Origin: Fischerella sp. PCC 9431
GTDB lineage: Bacteria > Cyanobacteriota > Cyanobacteriia > Cyanobacteriales > Nostocaceae
Reading direction: 5' to 3' (one strand)
NCBI GenBank assembly: GCA_000447295.1
Contig: ALVX01000004.1
Length of the DNA stretch: 24,000 nucleotides
Below are positions 1 to 8,002 of this stretch, one piece after another (the first letter of the stretch is position 1; every line of letters starts with the position of its first letter). The translations under genes were made by a program, and so were the position numbers. The notes under the pieces were generated by a model. It worked only from the letters and a program-made list of their open reading frames with translations. It was not told the origin of the DNA and ran no database searches.

Positions 1-2
1 AA

Positions 3-971
3 AGACTTTGGAAAGCAGGACAAAGCCTAGATCAAGTGATGGAATTAGGAGATTTTGAGGAAGTATTTGGCTTAGAGAATTTTAGTCTGAAGGATATTGA
101 GAAACTAAGTGGCATTTCTCTACAAAATAATAATTTATCAGACTTTTCAATCGCAAAATGGCAGACAATACCTGAGTTGGTTAAAGCAATTCCCAAATTA
201 GCTGATGAATATGTAGTAGATGTGCCGCCAATCAGAGACTTGGTTGAGCAGATATTAACTAAAGGAGTCACCACAGACCAAACGATTGGAGAATTAATAC
301 AGCAAAACCCGGATTTAAAAGATATTGAACTAGGAGAAATTGACCTTTCAAAATACAAACTTTCCTCAATCCCAGGTATTGAGAAAACACTACTAAATAA
401 ATTTACTAACTGGCAGAATGCAACCATCTCCAAAGTGCCTGGACTTAACGAAGTTAGCTTTAACAATTTCCCTATTATCCCAATACCTCAAGGAGATATC
501 ATAGGGAAAGTGGATTTGCCATTGAAAGAAGTAGAAAATAATCGCCAACGTTCTATAAGTGGCAGTTACCAAGAAGGATTTAATGTACCCTGCTCTCAAA
601 ATTGCGCTCATATAGAATTGTCAGGTCAAGAAGGACTTACAGGCGCTCAATGGATGAGTGGTAAGTTTCAAAATGTTCGCGGTGGATATGGAATACTAGG
701 TAAGTTGAATGGGGGAAAAGAGCCAACAGGAAGACATCCTTTTGGAAAGGCATTTAAACAAGTGATATGGGATGTAAATGAAAAGGATGGCAGTATTACC
801 ACTGCTATGTTCTTCCGCATTTGCAAACGCAGCTCATTTGTCAATTTTGGCTGCTCTCCCTACTTCATTGGCCCCTTCCCTTTTCTCCCCTATAAAGAGA
901 AATCCTATATTTTTATTGGTACTCCTCTCAACGTTATCCAAAGCTCTAAATCTAACTATTTTTTTTCTTAA
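3..971 (+). CDS. Hypothetical protein, 5'-truncated by the window edge
   Basis: The reading frame is open from position 3 with no upstream stop, so the GTG/ATG at 36/39 is probably internal. It is a long ORF, the opposite-strand ORFs look spurious, and I recognise no family motif. Confidence 0.5.
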   Translation, partial: RLWKAGQSLDQVMELGDFEEVFGLENFSLKDIEKLSGISLQNNNLSDFSIAKWQTIPELVKAIPKLADEYVVDVPPIRDLVEQILTKGVTTDQTIGELIQQNPDLKDIELGEIDLSKYKLSSIPGIEKTLLNKFTNWQNATISKVPGLNEVSFNNFPIIPIPQGDIIGKVDLPLKEVENNRQRSISGSYQEGFNVPCSQNCAHIELSGQEGLTGAQWMSGKFQNVRGGYGILGKLNGGKEPTGRHPFGKAFKQVIWDVNEKDGSITTAMFFRICKRSSFVNFGCSPYFIGPFPFLPYKEKSYIFIGTPLNVIQSSKSNYFFS

Positions 972-981
972 GACACTATTG

Positions 982-1015
982 CTGAATACAGAATTATCAC
1001 TAATTCTGTATTCAG
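982..1015. repeat. Perfect 15-bp inverted repeat (CTGAATACAGAATTA-tcac-TAATTCTGTATTCAG); terminator of the upstream ORF or a protein-binding/oriT-type hairpin
   Basis: Read directly: 982-996 is the exact reverse complement of 1001-1015, with a 4-nt loop. It starts 11 nt after the stop at 971. No clear T-run follows. Confidence 0.6.
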
Positions 1016-1027
1016 ATTTGCTCACGA

Positions 1028-1158
1028 TAAGTAAGTCGGTGGGAATAAACATAACTATATTACGAAAGGTAAATATGCTTGAAACCTTTACCAATAATGA
1101 ATGAGAAAGGACAAATGATAACCCCAACTAGTTATCTTTATTTGTACCGACTTACTTA
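1028..1158. repeat. 13-bp inverted repeat pair (TAAGTAAGTCGGT at 1028-1040, ACCGACTTACTTA at 1146-1158) bracketing about 105 bp of AT-rich non-coding DNA
   Basis: Exact reverse-complement match read from the sequence, lying immediately upstream of the coupling-protein gene. Confidence 0.5.
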
Positions 1159-1194
1159 AATATTGAAACAAATAGTAAATGAAATTAATATTTG

Positions 1195-2925
1195 ATGAGT
1201 GATACAAATTTTATTCAAGACATCCAAAATCCTCAATCTCCTATAGGCAAATATACAAACAGCTTATTTAGTCCTAATGGCATTATCTTAGCAGGATGCT
1301 TGCTAGGAATTGCTGCTTTTTCCATGCTTTCTGGAGGAAAGAAAGCCAAATTGGCTACCAGTTATTTTGGTGGTAGGAAGGAGACTGCTAAAGCTAGAAA
1401 AAAGGCTATTAAACAAATTGCATCCCCGAAATGCGACAGCGCCACACTATATATTGGCAGACATAAGTTCAAGGATGAAAGAACGAAAGAAGAGAAGGGG
1501 AGTGGGGGAACACCATTATACATACCCGATGTGCAGAGAGGGACTGCTGTCATTGGTGCGCCTGGAAGCGGTAAATCTTTTTCTGCTATTAATCCCATGA
1601 TTTATTCTGCAATTGACCAGGGCTTCCCAATCGTTTTATATGATTTCAAATATCCTACCCAAGCCAAGGTTGCTAGCTACGCTAAGAAGATGGGTTATGA
1701 AGTGCATGTATTCGCCCCTGGTTTCCCTGAAAGCGAAGTTTGCAATCCTTTAGATTTTTTGCGAGATGCTACTGATGCTGAAACTGCCCGTCAATTAGCA
1801 ACTGTTATCAACAAAAACTTCAAGATGATGGCATCAAGTAATGAGGATGCCTTTTTTGGCCCTGCGGGCGATCAGCTGACCGAAGCGATTTTGATGTTGA
1901 CCAAAGGAACTCAGTATCCAGACATTATGACTGCTGCTGCCATCCTTAGTAGCGATCGCATGGTGGAAAGGTTAATGGCAGCAAATCTTAACCCGTGGAT
2001 CAAGATTTCCTTTGGTCAGCTGTTTAGTTCTGCTGGTTCTGAGAAAACTGTGGCAGGTATCGCTGGTACTGCCAGTTTGATGTTCACTCGGTTCATGAAG
2101 AAAAACACCTTGGGGTGTTTTGTAGGTAAAACTACACTGCCTTTGAACATTAAGGGCAAGCAGATGATTATTTTCGGTTTGGATAGGGAACGCAGAGATG
2201 CGGTTGGGCCTTTACTGTGCAGCATTTTACACATGACTGTAGCCAGAGCGATCGCTAAAAAACGCAAAGAACCCCTCATTGTTGTGTTGGACGAAGTGCC
2301 TTCTCTATATCTGCCCGATTTGTTCAAATGGCTGAACGAATCTCGTAGTGAAGGGTTCTGCGGTATCCTTGGCTGGCAGAACATGGGACAGCTAGAGAAA
2401 TACTACGGCAAGGAAGTAGCCAAAACTATGCTGGGTGCTTGTGGTACTAAATTCATCTTCAACACAGGGGAAGAAGAATCAGCACGTTTGTTTAGCGCTT
2501 ACCTGGGAGATCAAGAAATCAAGTACAAGCAGAAATCGAAAAGTACTGGTGGAGGTAAAACAAGTACATCTGTATCAGAACAAGAAAAAACACGGAAGCT
2601 GTTTGAGCCAGCACAGTTTTTGAAGTTGCCTTCTGGGAAGTGCATATTCATCAACCCAGCATACTCCAACAATTCGGAAGCTTCTGTGCCATTGTTGAAG
2701 GCAATTAAAGTGCCAAAAGCCCTGATAAATATTGAAAAAGAGAATGATAATAATTGGGAAAAGCTAATAGTAAAACTTACCCAAAAAAGTACTCAGAGGC
2801 GACCCACTCAGGAAGATTTGGATAAGCGGATTGCTGAAGTAGAACAGCGATTTCCCATTCCCCAACAGCCTGTTCAAGCAGGTGCTGCACCCCTACCAGT
2901 GGATGCATATAAAGGATTTTTGTAA
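1195..2925 (+). CDS. Type IV secretion/conjugation coupling protein (VirD4/TraG/TraD family ATPase)
   Basis: N-terminal hydrophobic segment GIILAGCLLGIAAFSML. Walker A is AVIGAPGSGKS and Walker B-like is PLIVVLDEVPSL. At about 576 aa the size is typical of T4CPs. The ATG at 1195 is preferred over the TTG at 1192. Confidence 0.8.
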   Translation: MSDTNFIQDIQNPQSPIGKYTNSLFSPNGIILAGCLLGIAAFSMLSGGKKAKLATSYFGGRKETAKARKKAIKQIASPKCDSATLYIGRHKFKDERTKEEKGSGGTPLYIPDVQRGTAVIGAPGSGKSFSAINPMIYSAIDQGFPIVLYDFKYPTQAKVASYAKKMGYEVHVFAPGFPESEVCNPLDFLRDATDAETARQLATVINKNFKMMASSNEDAFFGPAGDQLTEAILMLTKGTQYPDIMTAAAILSSDRMVERLMAANLNPWIKISFGQLFSSAGSEKTVAGIAGTASLMFTRFMKKNTLGCFVGKTTLPLNIKGKQMIIFGLDRERRDAVGPLLCSILHMTVARAIAKKRKEPLIVVLDEVPSLYLPDLFKWLNESRSEGFCGILGWQNMGQLEKYYGKEVAKTMLGACGTKFIFNTGEEESARLFSAYLGDQEIKYKQKSKSTGGGKTSTSVSEQEKTRKLFEPAQFLKLPSGKCIFINPAYSNNSEASVPLLKAIKVPKALINIEKENDNNWEKLIVKLTQKSTQRRPTQEDLDKRIAEVEQRFPIPQQPVQAGAAPLPVDAYKGFL

Positions 2926-2928
2926 CAG

Positions 2929-3228
2929 ATGCATAACTTATTACCAAATAATTCTAAGTTGATATTAAGAATTGAAAAAGCCAAAAAATTACCCAGATGG
3001 AACTACCGATATCCTCCTTACATTGAGGCACATTTTCATGATGGAATTCTGGTGTATTGGCACAATAAAAAAATTCCTCAAGCAACTTATTGCGATATCT
3101 ATCCAGAGTGTTTAGCACCTCCATACCTCATTGAAATATTCTTCGACAACCAATTAGTGTTTGTGAAAGTTAAAGACAAAGTTATTTTAGATAGGCTTCC
3201 TCAACCACCATGTTTGATGAAAGAGTAA
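2929..3228 (+). CDS. Hypothetical small protein, apparently in an operon with the T4CP gene
   Basis: The ATG lies 4 nt after the T4CP stop, and the 3' end overlaps the next ORF by 19 nt (translational coupling pattern). No recognisable motifs. Confidence 0.45.
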   Translation: MHNLLPNNSKLILRIEKAKKLPRWNYRYPPYIEAHFHDGILVYWHNKKIPQATYCDIYPECLAPPYLIEIFFDNQLVFVKVKDKVILDRLPQPPCLMKE

Positions 3229-5366
3229 TCCAATTAGCAACTGCTTATCAAAAAACGGTTGATCATACAATTATTAATCTTAAATATCTTGCTTCAGAAT
3301 TTATAGAGTTAATGAAAGCTCTGTTGGAAAGATTATTAGAGAAATTGAAGGAAGAAAAAGAGAAATTATCTAATATAGAAGTAAAAGTTGGTAGTGAAAA
3401 ATATCGACTTGTGCCAGATGAGCAATTTCCTGGTGCATGGAAATGGGAATCCGCCAAAATGACAGATTTTCAAGCACAGACTGTCGCAAGGCGGTTGATG
3501 CTGACAGAAGCAATGGGAGAAGCGGTAGATATTGATCAAGCCCAAAATAACTGTTCTTTAGCCATAATTGTCACGACTGAATTTGGGGAAAAGCTTGTAG
3601 TTTACCACCAAAATTGTGAGGGACAATGCCTTACCAATTTGGTGACAGAGAATTTAAATGCTGAAGAAATAATTGATATAGCTTACGAAACGCTTACTCC
3701 TAATCTGCTATCAGCTGCCTCTGAAATTGTAGAAGAAGTAGGAGCAGAATTCACAGAAATAATTGATGAAGAGACTGAAGAGCATGTTGTTGATAGTGTT
3801 GCTCCTCAATCCCCTGAAACAGAAGAAAGCACTATTGAAAATAGAAGTGTAGAAGACTACTCATCAGACTGGGAAGACTCAGTCATTATCTGGGATGAAA
3901 ACGCACCACTTCCAGAACCACCAGAAGAAGACTACCCAAATGATTTTAGCGAAGAAGGGAGAACACCAGCAGAGTCAAAAGAAATTTTGGCACTGACTAA
4001 AGTTAACCAAGTAGAATCGAACACCGAACCACAGTCACAAGTTAATGATATATTCCAAGAAATGCTAAATAATCCAGCTGCCCAAGAGGTGATTGAGGAA
4101 GATACTGACAAATCAAAACGCAAGTCAGCTTTTGAGTACACTTACGATGAAGTAGCTTCTGCCAAAGAAGTCAGTCCCCAAACCAAAAACTGGGTGAGGG
4201 AAGTAGAAATATCTATTAAGAAAGCTGTTGCTAACAGTCGTGCGGAACGTCAGCGCCAAAAACAGGAAAACATCGATATTGCTAAAGCTGCTAAGGAAAT
4301 GCTCAAGGCGTATGCAGAAACTAATCCTGATGGCAGTAGAATTTACAGAAGCGATGCGTTCGTGATTCGACACAAAGGAGACAAATACAGCATTCACCGC
4401 CGTCATGATGAGCTTACTAACTTTGCCAATCCTCTGATGGAGTTTACTGAGAACTCTAAAGGGAAGATAAAAATCACAACTCCTCCTACACAGATGTTAG
4501 CAGTGGAAAGACAGGAGTTTTTAATGGTGGCGGAGCGACTAGAATCGGGTAAAAAACTGCCCCAATTAGCAAATGCAGATTTGAGAGATGTTGCTAATAA
4601 TCTTGGTTCTCTCGCGCCTGCTGGCACTTTTAAAACTCTAGAATCTTTTAGACAAACTGAGATGTTAGGATTGCTAAATTCTGCATTACAAAAAGCCAAC
4701 ACAGACACTCTAACTGTGGGAGAATACACGATTTTGAGAACGAGGAACATAGAAGCAGGAACAGCAAATCTTTCTCTTTATAAAAGAGCAGAAACTGGAG
4801 AAAGCAGAGAGTTATTATCTTTTACTTTACAAAAAACAGATACAGGTTTAACTAAGCAGGTGAAAAAATTGAACATCAACGATTGGGATTTAGCCCAGTT
4901 AAAATTCATCTCCGAAAATGCTAAAGCTTTTGAATTAAATCACGTTCTTGAAAACTCCAGAGAACAACAATCAAAGAAGTCTGTCTCTGAGATTAAAGTC
5001 CCTCTCCACCCAGCAATTCAACAAGCTTGGAACCAGTTAGAGACTCAGGGCGGTTCTAAGTGGCACTCTAGTATCAGACAAGAAAATGAGCAAATTAGAC
5101 AGAACCTGCAAGAATTTCAGGGAAAATTATCAATTACCGAACAGAGAGAACTGTATTTTCAAATATTAGCTCAACAGCAGTTGGACTCTTCAACTGAACA
5201 AATCAAAATGCCACCACTTAAGGAAATAATGAAAGACCTGCTTTCTTGGCGGCAAGAGGCTATATCTAATAAGTATACCCCCAAACAACATATTCCTATG
5301 ACGCAAGAAAAAACTGCTAGCAGAAATTCTACTAACTCTAGAAGAAAAGCGGAAATGTCACTTTAA
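3210..5366 (+). CDS. Hypothetical 718-aa protein with a highly acidic, low-complexity central region
   Basis: Long uninterrupted ORF with only short antisense ORFs. An E/D-rich segment runs roughly from EEVGAEFTEIIDEETEEH to PEPPEEDYPNDFSEEG. I could see no relaxase 3-His or Walker motifs. Confidence 0.6.
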   Translation: MFDERVIQLATAYQKTVDHTIINLKYLASEFIELMKALLERLLEKLKEEKEKLSNIEVKVGSEKYRLVPDEQFPGAWKWESAKMTDFQAQTVARRLMLTEAMGEAVDIDQAQNNCSLAIIVTTEFGEKLVVYHQNCEGQCLTNLVTENLNAEEIIDIAYETLTPNLLSAASEIVEEVGAEFTEIIDEETEEHVVDSVAPQSPETEESTIENRSVEDYSSDWEDSVIIWDENAPLPEPPEEDYPNDFSEEGRTPAESKEILALTKVNQVESNTEPQSQVNDIFQEMLNNPAAQEVIEEDTDKSKRKSAFEYTYDEVASAKEVSPQTKNWVREVEISIKKAVANSRAERQRQKQENIDIAKAAKEMLKAYAETNPDGSRIYRSDAFVIRHKGDKYSIHRRHDELTNFANPLMEFTENSKGKIKITTPPTQMLAVERQEFLMVAERLESGKKLPQLANADLRDVANNLGSLAPAGTFKTLESFRQTEMLGLLNSALQKANTDTLTVGEYTILRTRNIEAGTANLSLYKRAETGESRELLSFTLQKTDTGLTKQVKKLNINDWDLAQLKFISENAKAFELNHVLENSREQQSKKSVSEIKVPLHPAIQQAWNQLETQGGSKWHSSIRQENEQIRQNLQEFQGKLSITEQRELYFQILAQQQLDSSTEQIKMPPLKEIMKDLLSWRQEAISNKYTPKQHIPMTQEKTASRNSTNSRRKAEMSL

Positions 5367-5499
5367 AAAATAAATATTGAAAAATCCAGGTTGTACAGAA
5401 AATTATTACTACACTGCTAGGGCTATAATTTCAATAATCTACTACGCTATCTTAAAAAGAAAGGTGGTGTGAATAAAAGTAAAGCTTTGCTCTAAGAAA

Positions 5500-5760
5500 A
5501 GTTTTAACCTGGATAAAAGCCAGTCAACAACCCACCACTGACCTGGAGTACCAGGTACAGTGGGGGCTTGAAAAACAGCCCTAGTTGACCCGTCTTAGTA
5601 CCTTGAGTACTACGTTTTTTGAGTTACGATACCTACGAATGCGACGCCAGTTTGTAGCTCTGTCATCTAACGTTAAACAACCATTTGGGAGGTAGTGCGT
5701 TAGGTCTAACAAGCTCTTAAAACATTGACTAGGCGAACTTTACCCGAAAGGAGGGACTTT
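5500..5760 (+). ncRNA. Candidate omega-RNA (HEARO-type guide RNA scaffold) of IscB; ends not determinable by eye
   Basis: 394-nt gap (5367-5760) with no ORF directly upstream of iscB, which is where omega-RNAs are encoded. It holds several stem-loops: ACCTGG-agta-CCAGGT (5541-5556) extended by CACTG/CAGTG; GGGCT/AGCCC near 5564-5581; and TAGTAC-cttga-GTACTA (5596-5612) followed by T6. Confidence 0.4.
5531..5561 (+). repeat. Left copy of the 31-nt hairpin repeat CCCA(C)CACTGACCTGGAGTACCAGGTACAGT
   Basis: Direct comparison with 7137-7167 shows a single mismatch at the fifth base. It contains the 6-bp palindromic stem ACCTGG/CCAGGT with a 4-nt loop. Confidence 0.85.
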
Positions 5761-7044
5761 ATGTCCAAAGTGTTTGTTATTGATTTAGAAAAACGACCAT
5801 TAGATCCAGTTCATCCAGCACAAGCGAGGCAGTTATTACGAAACAAAAAAGCAGCAGTTTTTAGACGTTTTCCTTTCACAATTATCCTGAAAGACTCACA
5901 GGCGTACGCACCAGTTCAACCAATAAGGTTGAAAATTGACCCAGGTGCGAAACACACAGGTATTGCATTAGTTAACGATTCAACTGGTGAAGTTGTCTTT
6001 GCTGCTGAGTTAAAGCATAGAGGCTTTGCAATTCGAGATGCTTTAACTTCTAGAAGACAATTAAGACGCGGTAGAAGGAATCGCAAAACCCGTTATAGAA
6101 AACCTAGATTTCTCAATAGAACCCGTCTAGAAGGATGGTTAGTGCCAAGTTTACAGAGTCGTGTTGAAAACATCAAAACTTGGGTTGAAAGACTACGCAA
6201 ACTTGTACCGATTACAACTATCAGTCAAGAATTAGTACGCTTTGATATGCAACTAATGCGTAATCCAAATATTCAAGGTAAAGAATATCAGCAAGGCACT
6301 TTAGCAGGTTACGAAACTAGAGAATATTTATTAGAGAAGTGGGATAGACAATGCGCTTATTGTGGTGTCAAAGACGTTCCACTACAGATAGAACATATTC
6401 ACCCTAGAGCCAAAGGAGGTAGTAACTCGATTACAAATTTGACCTTAAGTTGTTCTAAATGCAATACAAACAAAGGAACTAAAGACATCAAAGATTTTCT
6501 CAAAAAAGACCCATTGCGGTTACAGAAAATCTTGAAACAAGCCTGCATACCTTTAGCTGATGCAGCAGTAGTCAACACAACTAGATTCGCTTTATTTGAG
6601 GTTTTGAAATCGACAGGTTTACCAGTAGAAACAGGTTCTGGTGGATTAACAAAGTTCAATCGTAGTCAACAAAATCTAGAAAAATCTCATTGGTTAGATG
6701 CTGCTTGCGTTGGTAAATCAACACCGATTCTTGATATCAAAAGCGTTAAACCGTTGCTGATTACTGCTAATGGTCATGGTACTAGGCAATCATGTCGCAC
6801 AGACAAGTTTGGATTTCCTAATCGCCACTGTTCAAGGACTAAATTTCATTTTGGTTTTCAGACTGGCGATATTGTGAAAGCGGTTGTTACTTCTGGTAAG
6901 AAAGTAGGCGAATACGCTGGAAGAATTGCAACTCGTGCATCTGGAAGTTTCAACATTTCAACCAAGAACGGATTGGTTCAAGGTATCTCATACAAATATT
7001 GCAAACATATTCATAAAAAGGATGGTTACTCGTATGCAACCTAA
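5761..7044 (+). CDS. iscB: IscB, an OMEGA-family RNA-guided RuvC/HNH nuclease (Cas9 ancestor family), apparently intact
   Basis: PLMP-like N-terminus (VFVIDLEKRPLDPVHPAQARQLL). RuvC-I is KIDPGAKHTGIAL. Arg-rich bridge helix is RRQLRRGRRNRKTRYRKPRF. RuvC-II is ISQELVRFD. HNH is CAYCG...IEHIHPRAKGGSNSITNLTLSCSKCNTNK. RuvC-III is SHWLDAACVG. The C-terminal FQTGDIV...GRIATRASGSFNI resembles the TAM-interaction domain. GGAGG lies 6 nt before the ATG at 5761, so the TTG at 5725 in the ORF track is probably not the start. Confidence 0.85.
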   Translation: MSKVFVIDLEKRPLDPVHPAQARQLLRNKKAAVFRRFPFTIILKDSQAYAPVQPIRLKIDPGAKHTGIALVNDSTGEVVFAAELKHRGFAIRDALTSRRQLRRGRRNRKTRYRKPRFLNRTRLEGWLVPSLQSRVENIKTWVERLRKLVPITTISQELVRFDMQLMRNPNIQGKEYQQGTLAGYETREYLLEKWDRQCAYCGVKDVPLQIEHIHPRAKGGSNSITNLTLSCSKCNTNKGTKDIKDFLKKDPLRLQKILKQACIPLADAAVVNTTRFALFEVLKSTGLPVETGSGGLTKFNRSQQNLEKSHWLDAACVGKSTPILDIKSVKPLLITANGHGTRQSCRTDKFGFPNRHCSRTKFHFGFQTGDIVKAVVTSGKKVGEYAGRIATRASGSFNISTKNGLVQGISYKYCKHIHKKDGYSYAT

Positions 7045-7072
7045 GAAATTAGGAATTGCTCAACTGTCCCAT

Positions 7073-7104
7073 AGCTGTGTTTGTGCGTTAGCACAAAAAC
7101 AGCT
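7073..7104 (+). other. Imperfect 14-bp stem-loop just downstream of the iscB stop
   Basis: AGCTGTGTTTGTGC-gtta-GCACAAAAACAGCT with one mismatch in the stem and no T-run. It could be a transcript-stabilising structure or part of the right end. Confidence 0.4.
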
Positions 7105-7136
7105 ACGGGACGTTTCACAATTCCCCCTCCATTCCT

Positions 7137-7167
7137 CCCATCACTGACCTGGAGTACCAGGTACAGT
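7137..7167 (+). repeat. Right copy of the 31-nt hairpin repeat CCCA(T)CACTGACCTGGAGTACCAGGTACAGT
   Basis: 30/31 identity with 5531-5561 in the same orientation, located 93 nt after the iscB stop. Confidence 0.85.
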
Positions 7168-7189
7168 CAGGGTCTCCTGGAGGTTTGAG

Positions 7190-7456
7190 ATGACAAAAAG
7201 TAAAAAATCTCAAAGAAAGATAAAGCAGCTTTTATGCAGAATTTGCAAGAAAAATCCTGTGTGGCGTTATAAAAACTCAGATGGTACAGTCTGCAAGCGT
7301 TGTTATCACAAATATATTTGGGAAGATAGACCAAGTGCCAAAAAGGAAAGACAATCCACTATAGTTAATTATGAATTAGAAGAAACAGAAGAACTGGTTT
7401 TTGACGGGTATACTGGGCAGTTTTATTCAGCAAATCAATATCCCTGGTGGATGTAA
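7190..7456 (+). CDS. Small basic protein with a 4-Cys zinc-ribbon-like motif
   Basis: CRIC-x17-CKRC motif and a Lys-rich N-terminus. GGAGG lies about 7 nt upstream of the ATG. No family recognised. Confidence 0.45.
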   Translation: MTKSKKSQRKIKQLLCRICKKNPVWRYKNSDGTVCKRCYHKYIWEDRPSAKKERQSTIVNYELEETEELVFDGYTGQFYSANQYPWWM

Positions 7457-7636
7457 ATATTTAGCAAAAGATAAATTAAATACTGAATATTAGGGTATAA
7501 AGACAGATTTTTAGATAAAATTTGATTATACTAGTATCATAATTTACTGGTGAGTGAAAAAATAGCCCATAGAGTTTAGTGTGGGTGATTTTGATTCTGG
7601 TATGCTGAAACCGAGGTTGTAGAAAGTTCTTTGAAA

Positions 7637-7936
7637 ATGCCAATTGTCCGAAAAAGATACCCAAGCAACTGGAACGAAATTTCTCTTGCAGTCAGAGAAG
7701 CTGCTGGATGGAGATGTCAGCATTGCGATCGCCTTTGTTTTCGTCCTGGAGAAAGACCTAAAACCCTAACTCGTTCGGAATGGACGATGGCAACTCTTAC
7801 AGTTCATCACGCAGACTTTGCTCCTGAGAATAACAACCTCGACAACTTGATCGCTTTGTGCGCTCCTTGCCACTTGGCGCTGCACGCTAGAACTAGGCGT
7901 TCAAATGTCTCGCCAGGACAACTCTCTTTGTGGTAG
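7637..7936 (+). CDS. Small HNH endonuclease
   Basis: CQHC ... HHADFAPENNNLDNLIALCAPCHLALH, i.e. an HNH core with paired CxxC zinc ligands. The ATG at 7637 is preferred over the TTG at 7631. Confidence 0.75.
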   Translation: MPIVRKRYPSNWNEISLAVREAAGWRCQHCDRLCFRPGERPKTLTRSEWTMATLTVHHADFAPENNNLDNLIALCAPCHLALHARTRRSNVSPGQLSLW

Positions 7937-8002
7937 TGTTTTCAACTTTTACATTCAACTTTATCTCGATTGTAGTCAAAAATCCGCAAAGTATTTATAA
8001 GC

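Larger units (their letters stand above)
5500..7185 (+). mobile_element. Non-autonomous IS200/IS605-superfamily-like element carrying only iscB (no tnpA); boundaries approximate
   Basis: Two same-strand copies of a 31-nt hairpin-forming sequence (5531-5561 and 7137-7167, 30/31 identical) bracket the iscB gene. This is the arrangement expected for subterminal LE/RE hairpins of IS200/IS605 elements. Confidence 0.5.

Noticed and set aside
32-1127. Overlapping and antisense ORFs 32-466(-), 393-611(-), 778-1104(+) and 834-1127(-)
   Set aside because: They lie antisense to, or out of frame with, the long open frame 3-971, or they span the hairpin-rich intergenic region. They have low-complexity composition and no start context.
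1310-4750. Internal and antisense ORFs inside the T4CP and 718-aa genes (1310-1600, 1362-1598, 2016-2384, 2435-2623, 3263-3457, 3932-4750)
   Set aside because: They are embedded within much longer ORFs with clear protein motifs or coding continuity. They are typical shadow ORFs.
5383-5514. 9-bp inverted repeat ATCCAGGTT (5383-5391) / AACCTGGAT (5506-5514) upstream of the IscB left hairpin
   Set aside because: It is short and could arise by chance in 24 kb. It may relate to the CCTGG core of the hairpin repeat, but I cannot support a function.
5725-5760. The TTG start at 5725 for iscB given in the ORF track
   Set aside because: An ATG at 5761 with GGAGG 6 nt upstream gives an N-terminus (MSKVFVIDLEKRPL...) matching the usual IscB PLMP start. 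The upstream 12 codons probably belong to the omega-RNA region.
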